Origin: Spirochaetia bacterium
GTDB taxonomy: Bacteria; Spirochaetota; Spirochaetia; CAKZLE01
Length of the DNA stretch: 64,000 nt
Direction of reading: 5' to 3'
Assembly: GCA_963677595.1 (NCBI GenBank)
Contig: OY782041.1
Coordinates: 1,824,001 to 1,888,000 of the forward strand
This document shows positions 56,853 to 64,000 of the stretch, piece after piece (positions within the stretch are counted from its first letter, which is position 1; every line of letters begins with the position of its first letter). The translations under genes were made by a program, and so were the position numbers. Below the pieces are notes generated by a model that ran no database searches, was not told the origin of the DNA, and saw nothing but the letters and a program-made list of their open reading frames with translations.

Positions 56853-56872
56853 AACCAGGAGATACAGAACAG

Positions 56873-58363
56873 ATGAAAACTCATTCAAACAAAAAACCAC
56901 ATGTGCTGTTTGTCATCATGCATGACTTTGGGCCGCGATACGGCTGCTATGGCGACGGATTCGCGGTTACCCCCACCCTGGACGGGATAGCTGAACATGG
57001 GGTTCGGTTTGCCGGCCATTATGCGAACTACCCCCTGTGTGGACCGGCCCGTGCAAATCTGTTTACCGGTTATCGACCGGAGTATACGAAACGGTTCAAT
57101 AACAAACCATTCTTTGAACGGTTCAGAACTGAAATGGGGGAAGGGTTTAAAACCCTTCCTCAATGGTTCAAGGATCATGGGTACCGCAGTCTCGGTACCG
57201 GATTCATCTTCCATGACAAGCCTGATGCACCATCCTGGAGTGAACCCTATGTACCGCAGAAGCTGCCTGATGACCTTCCAGAATGGTCGGTGCCATACCA
57301 GGATTCCTGTCCAAATATCTACAGGAATGAGGCTTCCCTCCGTCAGATCCGTGATCGTGCAGAGGATTTCCGAAGGAGAAACAATGATCACGATGGTACC
57401 ATGACCCTTGCGGAGCTGAGACAGTGCAGAGGACCCGCTTTTGAAGTCGGGTCCGGTGATGACAACAGTTACTACGATGGTGTCGCAGCAGGCCAGGCTG
57501 TTCGCTGGATTGAAGAACATGATCCCGATACTCCATTGTTCTGCGGGGTTGGCTTCACGGCCACGCATCTTCCCTTCAATGTGCCGAAGAAATATTGGGA
57601 CCTCTATGATAGGGATACGCTGGAACCTGCAGTGTTTGACCAATCCCCCGAGGGAACCCCTGAATGGGCTGAAGGGGACTCAGAACCGGTACAGTATTAC
57701 ACCATCAACGGTTATTCACTGCCCTGGAAAGCCGATAGGGAACAGTCGATCGATTTAAAGCATGGGCATTACGCTGCATTGAGCTATGTCGATGCCCAGA
57801 TCGGCAAGATACAGGAAGCCCTGAGGAAGAAAGGCATGCTTGATGATACCATCATCGTGGTGACTTCGGACCATGGATTCCACGACAGTGAGCATGGGTA
57901 CTGGGGAAAACATAACTGCTGGGACCGGTCTTTCCATATTCCACTGCTCATGAGTATCCCTGGACGGGAAGGTCTTGTATTTGAGGGGCTTTCAGAACAT
58001 GTGGATGTATTCCCCACACTTTGCTCAACGGCAGGGCTCGACATTCCGGGGTATTGTCAGGGAGAGGACCTGACGACGTATGTATATGATGGAGAGTATG
58101 CAGGTCGTGAAGCCGTGTTCGGGATGCGGAAGCCCATGTGGCATGATCGTTTGCAGGAATATGAGCACTGCAGGTCAGTGAGGACATCACAGTATCGCCT
58201 GAACACCTACTATGCTGATTCCGGAGTGATACTTTATCGTGAACTCTTCGATTACCAGGCAGACCCTGAGGAGCGGGTGAATATCGCGAAGGATAATGCA
58301 GCCCTGATTGGACATCTGGAAGCTTTGTATGTACAGGAGGTATTCAATGGGAATCAGGAATAG
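56873..58363 (+). CDS. Sulfatase, iduronate-2-sulfatase-like
   Basis: CGPARANLFTG, HLPFNVPKKYWDLY, SYVDAQIG, SDHG, WGKH. Confidence 0.85.
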   Translation: MKTHSNKKPHVLFVIMHDFGPRYGCYGDGFAVTPTLDGIAEHGVRFAGHYANYPLCGPARANLFTGYRPEYTKRFNNKPFFERFRTEMGEGFKTLPQWFKDHGYRSLGTGFIFHDKPDAPSWSEPYVPQKLPDDLPEWSVPYQDSCPNIYRNEASLRQIRDRAEDFRRRNNDHDGTMTLAELRQCRGPAFEVGSGDDNSYYDGVAAGQAVRWIEEHDPDTPLFCGVGFTATHLPFNVPKKYWDLYDRDTLEPAVFDQSPEGTPEWAEGDSEPVQYYTINGYSLPWKADREQSIDLKHGHYAALSYVDAQIGKIQEALRKKGMLDDTIIVVTSDHGFHDSEHGYWGKHNCWDRSFHIPLLMSIPGREGLVFEGLSEHVDVFPTLCSTAGLDIPGYCQGEDLTTYVYDGEYAGREAVFGMRKPMWHDRLQEYEHCRSVRTSQYRLNTYYADSGVILYRELFDYQADPEERVNIAKDNAALIGHLEALYVQEVFNGNQE

Positions 58364-59279
58364 CAAACAACAGAACCTGCCTAACGGGGTATGGCCCACG
58401 ATGATCACACCGTTCCAAGAGGACGGAAGCGTGGACTATACGTCATTAAGGAGACTCGTGGATTGGTATATCAATCAGGGTGCAGCAGGGCTTTTTGCCG
58501 TATGTCAATCAAGTGAGATGTTCTTTCTCTCAAAGGAAGAGAAAATCGGTATAGCTGAGGCAACGGTACAATATGCCTCGGGTCGGGTTCCCGTGATCTG
58601 TTCCGGGCATACAAGCGACACGCTGGAAGATCAGATAGAAGAGATGACCGCTCTGGCACAGACAGGTGTTGATGCGGTTGTCCTGATCACGAACAGGCTG
58701 GCAGGGGAAGATGAACCTGACAGAATATTCATAGAACGGCTTGAGAAATTGATAGACACATTGCCTCAAGGGATAAAACTAGGGTTCTATGAATGCCCAT
58801 ACCCGTACAAACGGCTCATATCAGATGAGGTTCTGGAGTATGTGGTGCATACCGGGAGGTTCTCATTCCTGAAGGATACCTGCTGTGATAGTGAACGGAT
58901 ACGAAACCGTTTAGCAGTAATGAAGGGGAGTGATTTCAAGCTCTACAATGCTAACAGTGCTACGCTGAGTGAATCAATACGCTATGGTGTCAACGGCTAC
59001 AGTGGTATCATGGCTAACTTTCATCCCTCACTGTATGCCCGGCTCGTTTCAAAACAGCTGCAGTACCCAGGGTCAGGGGATGACCTGCAAAACCTCCTGG
59101 GGCCGCTTTCATCGGTAGAGGATGCATGGTATCCCTTGAGTGCAAAACATCATCTGAAGGTTCAGGGTATCATTGATACGGTCCGTACCCGCAAGCCTGG
59201 GCCTGAATGCCTGGATGAGAACCACATCCGCATAATCGAACAGATGCACCAACTGATATCTACCCATTATGGAGGGTAA
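58347..59279 (+). CDS. DHDPS/N-acetylneuraminate lyase family protein
   Basis: GVWPTMITPF, AVCQSSEM in place of GxxGE, FYECPYP, Schiff-base LKDT; SD aggagg. Confidence 0.88.
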   Translation: MGIRNSKQQNLPNGVWPTMITPFQEDGSVDYTSLRRLVDWYINQGAAGLFAVCQSSEMFFLSKEEKIGIAEATVQYASGRVPVICSGHTSDTLEDQIEEMTALAQTGVDAVVLITNRLAGEDEPDRIFIERLEKLIDTLPQGIKLGFYECPYPYKRLISDEVLEYVVHTGRFSFLKDTCCDSERIRNRLAVMKGSDFKLYNANSATLSESIRYGVNGYSGIMANFHPSLYARLVSKQLQYPGSGDDLQNLLGPLSSVEDAWYPLSAKHHLKVQGIIDTVRTRKPGPECLDENHIRIIEQMHQLISTHYGG

Positions 59280-59294
59280 GCAAAAACGGGTGGT

Positions 59295-60497
59295 TTACCT
59301 GTGCAGCCGTACCTGATGTCCTTCCAGTGTCTGCTGCAGCTGATTGATATCGAGCCCTGGGAGATCGGTATCTCCTTTGATGCAGAGAGCCGCAGCCGCA
59401 CCTGCCGCCTGCCCGGTCACCGCGGCGACGGGGATGACCCTTGTGACGTCCCATGCCCAGCCTGCTGATGAGATACTCCTCCCTGCTGTCAGGAGGTTGG
59501 GAACCTTGTTGTTCCATAAGGTCCCGAACGGGATCTCATAGACCTTGCCCGCTTTCGTGAAGTCCCCACAGACACCGATCGATGTACTGCAGCCTTTTCC
59601 TTCATCCTCCTCTGCCAGGGTCTCGTTCCCGATGACCCTACGGGTCTTACGGAGCTGGGGAAGGGACGGCAGGCTGATGATATCCCGGGAAGAGCGGTCC
59701 TGTCCCCGGACCTTCTCGAAGAGGAGCCTGCGTCCGGTCCGGACGAAGTCCGTCAGGCTCTCGGAATCAGAGACCACGAGAGGGGCCTTCCCTTCAGGAT
59801 ACCCGTTCCCCCAGAGATCCGCCCCTGCATGCAGCCAGCGATACGAATCGAATATGGAGCCGGTCTCGGAAGCCTTCTTTGCCATAGCAAGGTCACTGTA
59901 ATACCCGATGAAGGAGAGCCAGTTCTCTCCCTCCTCACAGGGAACGCCGGCATCCTTGAAGATACGTGCATCTCCTGTCGTGTCGATGATGAAGGGGGCA
60001 GTAAGGGCGAACCTGCCTTCAGTCCCCTCTACGATGAGCCCCCTGCAGTGATTGCCATTCATGAGGGGGTGGCAGTATCGGGTATCGAAGAGGACGGTGA
60101 TATCAAGGGATGCGACCAGCTCATCCAATGCCAGGCTGAAGATCGCCGGGGAGAAGAAGGAGCTGCATCGTTTCCTGGTATCCGCAAATTCCGGGAACCC
60201 CTTCCAGGCTGCAGGAAGCGTATCATAGCCGTAGGCAACTGCCAGCCTGAAGAGCTCCTCGGAGATGCCGTGGATGAGACGATGTCCCATCCCGTCGCAC
60301 AGCGGCTCATACCAGCCGATGAGGCCGTTGGTCGCCAGGCCGCCTAAGGATATGCCTTTCTCAATGATGAGGGCCTTCTCCACACCGCAGCGCTTAGCGG
60401 CAACAGCAGCCGAGATGCCGGCAATGCCGCCCCCTGCGATGATGAGGTCAAAAGAGCCTTTGACTGGAGTAGTGAGGTGTTCCTTGATATGGATCAT
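59295..60497 (-). CDS. FAD-dependent oxidoreductase (FAD_oxidored-like)
   Basis: DLIIAGGGIAG, LGGLATNG, IDTTGDA, NLL.AGRSIS, TGQAAG. Confidence 0.9.
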   Translation of the reverse strand: MIHIKEHLTTPVKGSFDLIIAGGGIAGISAAVAAKRCGVEKALIIEKGISLGGLATNGLIGWYEPLCDGMGHRLIHGISEELFRLAVAYGYDTLPAAWKGFPEFADTRKRCSSFFSPAIFSLALDELVASLDITVLFDTRYCHPLMNGNHCRGLIVEGTEGRFALTAPFIIDTTGDARIFKDAGVPCEEGENWLSFIGYYSDLAMAKKASETGSIFDSYRWLHAGADLWGNGYPEGKAPLVVSDSESLTDFVRTGRRLLFEKVRGQDRSSRDIISLPSLPQLRKTRRVIGNETLAEEDEGKGCSTSIGVCGDFTKAGKVYEIPFGTLWNNKVPNLLTAGRSISSAGWAWDVTRVIPVAAVTGQAAGAAAALCIKGDTDLPGLDINQLQQTLEGHQVRLHR

Positions 60498-60613
60498 GAA
60501 CCTATTCTCCTTTTCTCCCGGATGATTCGGGGTGTCCATCGTTATAGTATATAGGATACACCTGGGTTTTATATTTTCAAAGTGTGAATATGTTGTACAA
60601 ATTACAAATTGAA

Positions 60614-60641
60614 TTGACAAATTGTACAAAAGTGATAGACT
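60614..60641 (+). promoter_or_regulatory. Promoter abutting the AAA+ start codon (likely leaderless)
   Basis: TTGACA-16 bp-TAGACT with TG extension, 6 nt before ATG 60648, no SD. Confidence 0.55.
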
Positions 60642-60647
60642 GAGACC

Positions 60648-61814
60648 ATGATACGAAGGCAATTATCGCAAGAGATACAGGTCCTTGCGACAGAGTTCCC
60701 CGTGGTTGCGATCCTTGGTCCGAGGCAGTCTGGCAAGACGACCCTGGCAAAGGCGCTCTTCCCGTCATACCGGTATGTCTCCCTGGAGGATTACGACATG
60801 AGGGGGTTTGCTGAAGAGGATCCCAGGGGGTTCCTTGAGCGGTATGACGGTCAGTGCATCCTCGATGAGATCCAGAGAGTCCCGCAGCTGATGAGCTATC
60901 TCCAGAGCCATGTCGACCTGAGGAACGCTCCCGGTGATTATATCATCACCGGTTCCCATAACTTCTTCCTTATGGAGCAGATCAGCCAGTCACTGGCTGG
61001 GCGTGTGGGGATCACCAGGCTGCTGCCTTTCTCCCTGGAAGAACTGCGTATGTATGAATATACACCTGAACAGTTCCTCTATAGAGGGTTCTACCCGAGG
61101 ATCTATGATAAAGGCATCAGGCCGGCTTCCTTCTACCGGAGCTACCTGGAGACCTATATCGAGAAGGACGTCAGGCAGCTGAAGCAGATCACGAAACTCG
61201 GCGAATTCAGGAAGTTCCTTGGGCTCCTGGCAGGCAGGGCCGGGCAGGAGCTCAACCTCCTGGCTGTCTCTGATGAGTGCGGAGTCACACAGACGACCCT
61301 GTCCGATTGGCTCACCGTGCTGGAAGCCAGCTTCCTCATATTTAGGCTCAGGCCGTTCCATAAGAACTATAATAAACGGCTGGTCAAGCGGCCGAAGATC
61401 TACTTCTATGATACCGGGCTGCTCTGCCACCTCCTTGGCATCAGGAAAGAAGAAGAGCTCGATACTCACTTCCTCCGGGGCAGTATCTTTGAGAACCTCA
61501 TCATCGGTGAGTTCATGAAGCAGCGGTGCAACCATGCGGAAGCCTTCGATCTCTATTACTGGCGAGACAACCACAAGAAGGAGATAGACCTGATCGTCCA
61601 GGCCGGGCAACTCTCTTTGGCAGTCGAGATCAAATCGGGTAAGACCTTCCATCCGAGATTCTTCGGGGGGCTTCGGTATTGGGAGAAGTTGACTGATGCC
61701 GACCCCGGTGATATGTACCTTCTCTACGGAGGGGATTCGTCATATACCAGGGAAGGCATCCATGTCTGCTCCTGGAAGGATATCCCCGAAACGATCATCA
61801 CACGAGTACTCTGA
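60648..61814 (+). CDS. AAA+ ATPase (AAA_14) with DUF4143 domain
   Basis: GPRQSGKTT, ILDEIQR, ITGS, SLAGR, PKIYFYDTG, YYWRD...EID, VEIKS. Confidence 0.93.
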   Translation: MIRRQLSQEIQVLATEFPVVAILGPRQSGKTTLAKALFPSYRYVSLEDYDMRGFAEEDPRGFLERYDGQCILDEIQRVPQLMSYLQSHVDLRNAPGDYIITGSHNFFLMEQISQSLAGRVGITRLLPFSLEELRMYEYTPEQFLYRGFYPRIYDKGIRPASFYRSYLETYIEKDVRQLKQITKLGEFRKFLGLLAGRAGQELNLLAVSDECGVTQTTLSDWLTVLEASFLIFRLRPFHKNYNKRLVKRPKIYFYDTGLLCHLLGIRKEEELDTHFLRGSIFENLIIGEFMKQRCNHAEAFDLYYWRDNHKKEIDLIVQAGQLSLAVEIKSGKTFHPRFFGGLRYWEKLTDADPGDMYLLYGGDSSYTREGIHVCSWKDIPETIITRVL

Positions 61815-61818
61815 CGAA

Positions 61819-64000
61819 TTACTCCATCAGCGGGCTCTTCTTCCGGTACCACTTGAGGACATAAAAGAGCAGCAGCACCTCAAGGTCGGTGCAGACCTGC
61901 TCCTTGTCCTTCAGCCACCTCATGGTGACATAGCCGGCGTAGAGGTTGGGCGCTACCCCGTAGAGCTCATCCAGTTCAGCGGAACTCAGGTTATCGGTAT
62001 CCCCGATGACCTTGATATGGCGGTAGATCAGCTGCAGGAGGATGGTGCGCAGGGTCTCGAAAGCTTCCTGGTACTCCTCTGCCTCAAACGAGCTGATCGC
62101 TGCGGGTATCGAGAACTTGATGATATGGTCGATGATGCCCCGATTTCCCTTGGGGAGCTGCCTCATGTTCCTGTAGACATGCTTGAACAGCCGCTGGGTT
62201 GCCTCTTCACGAGCAATCTCGGTACCGGTAACATACTGGTAGAACTCCCCGGGTTTGCCGAGGATGTTCGCGATCGAGATCGCGAGCTGCTTGTGCATGA
62301 CGGGGTTATGTGTCTGGGTATAGAGGGTCAGCGTCTCTTGGAGCACCGAGATGCGCTCCTGTCGCTCTGACAACCCTGCCGCGCTCGTGATCTTGATCTT
62401 CAGGGAGTAGTCCCCCTCGATCAGCCCGAGCAGCGCCTCGGACGATGTGGAGGAATCGATCTTCCCCAAGGCACGTGCCGCGATCTCTACAAGGGTATTG
62501 TCGTCACTGCCTAGTGCTTCCACCAGAGCCGGGACAGCCTCCTTCCACCGCATCTTCCCCAACGCCCTGGCGCACTCCCCGCGCACGAGGGAATCCTTGT
62601 TGTGGAGGGTCTCGATCAGGATCTCAGCAGCTTCCCAGCTGCCGATCCTGCCCAGAGCACGTACTGCCTCCTCGCGTACATCAGCATCGGCATCCTCGAG
62701 CCGCATGGCGATCTCCTCGATGACGATCGTGCTCCTGCTGTCCTTGACTGACTGCAGGGTCCTCTCGACCTTGTTCCTGTCGGAGGACTTCCCGAGGATG
62801 GGCATACTCAGGTAGGAGCGCACGACACTCGGGGAGGTCGCCGTGGTGAGCATGGCCGAGAACTTCGTATGTTTCCAGGTCTTGACCGTGTCGAAGACCA
62901 GCATGGCAACTGCCATGACCCCGATGCTCCCGATGACCAGTACTGTCATGGACCCGGTAAGATCCAGCAGCAGTCCCCCGATGATCGACCCGATGGCGGA
63001 GATGAGGCCGAGCAGGGCCCAGAACCAGCCGATGAAGGTCGTCCGGTCCTTGATCGGCAGCAGGGACATCATCGTCTGGCTCAAGCCCTCGTAGAGTGCC
63101 GGGGAGACCAGGCCCCCCAGGACCGAGATGACCGGCAGCAGGAAGTGGTAGTTGTCAGGGGTGAGGAAGAGGTAGCCGATGAAGGTCAGGGGGAAGAGCA
63201 TCCCGACCATAGTGACCGACTTGGTCCCGAAGCGGTCCATGAGCGTTCCCCAGAAGGGGATGACCACGACCCACATGAGCTGTGAGATCGCGTACATGAT
63301 TCCGATCCAGATCACCGGTGCCCCGATCTGGTCGGGAGCTGTGATCATGGGAACGAAGAAGGTGTTCGCTATGTTCACGGCAAGCAGCGATACCCCGGCG
63401 ATCATGCTGAAGGTCCGGAAGTTCTTGTTCCTCACCGGGGCGAAGAACCGCTGGGTCAGCTTCCCCGTGGCCGGGGTAAGGGTCCCTGCAGCCTCAGGCA
63501 CGGGTATGTGGAGAATGACCTCCAGCAGGCCGAAGACGCCGGCAGCGGTGTAGATGATCCCGAACACCATGAGGGACGCTGAGGAGAAGAAGTCCAGGGC
63601 TAATGTCGTGGAGAAGAAGGCTATGACATTGAGGACCTGGGAGAGGGCCGAACGCTTGCCGAAATAGGTGGAACGAATCTGTGACGGTACGATCCCGTTG
63701 ATCCATGCCCACCAGCCGGAAGAACCGCAGTTGCTGACGATGAAGGTGGCTGTGGAGCTTACCATGACGATCATGAGGGTCAACCGGTGGGATCCTCCGG
63801 AAGCGGCATAGAAGAGGGCTGCGCCGATTACGAACGACAGGGAACGGTTGATCGCACCGAAGGTCAGCCAGGTGGGCTTCACCCGGGAAGCTTTCGAGTA
63901 GATGATCACCGATACCAGGTGGAAGATGCTCACGGCATTGAGGAGCCCGACGAAGATACCGAGCTGGGTCGAGGTAGCACCAAGCGTGTTCTTGACAAGC
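61819..64000 (-). CDS. MFS transporter fused to C-terminal HEAT repeats, 5'-truncated by the window edge
   Basis: TM region with WGTLMDRFG motif A; repeats VREEAVRALGRI, VRGECARALGKM, LVEIAARALGKI; frame open to the end of the window. Confidence 0.85.
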   Translation of the reverse strand, partial: LVKNTLGATSTQLGIFVGLLNAVSIFHLVSVIIYSKASRVKPTWLTFGAINRSLSFVIGAALFYAASGGSHRLTLMIVMVSSTATFIVSNCGSSGWWAWINGIVPSQIRSTYFGKRSALSQVLNVIAFFSTTLALDFFSSASLMVFGIIYTAAGVFGLLEVILHIPVPEAAGTLTPATGKLTQRFFAPVRNKNFRTFSMIAGVSLLAVNIANTFFVPMITAPDQIGAPVIWIGIMYAISQLMWVVVIPFWGTLMDRFGTKSVTMVGMLFPLTFIGYLFLTPDNYHFLLPVISVLGGLVSPALYEGLSQTMMSLLPIKDRTTFIGWFWALLGLISAIGSIIGGLLLDLTGSMTVLVIGSIGVMAVAMLVFDTVKTWKHTKFSAMLTTATSPSVVRSYLSMPILGKSSDRNKVERTLQSVKDSRSTIVIEEIAMRLEDADADVREEAVRALGRIGSWEAAEILIETLHNKDSLVRGECARALGKMRWKEAVPALVEALGSDDNTLVEIAARALGKIDSSTSSEALLGLIEGDYSLKIKITSAAGLSERQERISVLQETLTLYTQTHNPVMHKQLAISIANILGKPGEFYQYVTGTEIAREEATQRLFKHVYRNMRQLPKGNRGIIDHIIKFSIPAAISSFEAEEYQEAFETLRTILLQLIYRHIKVIGDTDNLSSAELDELYGVAPNLYAGYVTMRWLKDKEQVCTDLEVLLLFYVLKWYRKKSPLME

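Noticed and set aside
58347-59279. dapA (lysine biosynthesis)
   Set aside because: GTTGE is replaced by CQSSE and the gene lies in a sulfatase operon.
1-64000. tRNA, rRNA, riboswitch or other ncRNA
   Set aside because: Intergenic regions are short and explained by promoters and operators; none recognised by eye. An Infernal/Rfam scan would be needed to exclude them.

Overview
A GC-rich, gene-dense bacterial window, probably from a free-living spirochaete (Spirochaetia). That taxon call is an inference from cysteine-less 'FAGGSQE'-type signal regions on the solute-binding proteins. Carbohydrate and solute catabolism islands dominate: (i) the end of a CUT2 sugar ABC operon; (ii) TetR with two membrane proteins, a VOC protein, and a PAS/GAF hybrid kinase with an HD-GYP regulator; (iii) a LacI-controlled ~12 kb operon (ABC transporter, IolD-like ThDP enzyme, Gfo/Idh/MocA, CoA-acylating aldehyde dehydrogenase, lone carboxyltransferase, split transketolase, DhuI/RpiB-type isomerase) that matches no pathway I know; (iv) a lower-GC GntR island (SelA/DgaE-like PLP enzyme, Rid, ABC, amidohydrolase); (v) a coupled MazG-like + DUF2075 nuclease-helicase pair, a candidate defence system; (vi) pyk, a VOC gene between two copies of a ~130 bp repeat, and an AAA+/DUF4143 gene; (vii) a TetR-ABC-2xGH78-GH1 rhamnoside operon; (viii) an IclR-TRAP-3x sulfatase-DHDPS-like operon; (ix) an FAD oxidoreductase, a second AAA+/DUF4143 gene and a partial MFS-HEAT fusion. 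Several promoters and operators can be read directly from the sequence. I saw no rRNA, tRNA, CRISPR array or transposase. All family calls come from motif recognition by eye, not from database searches.
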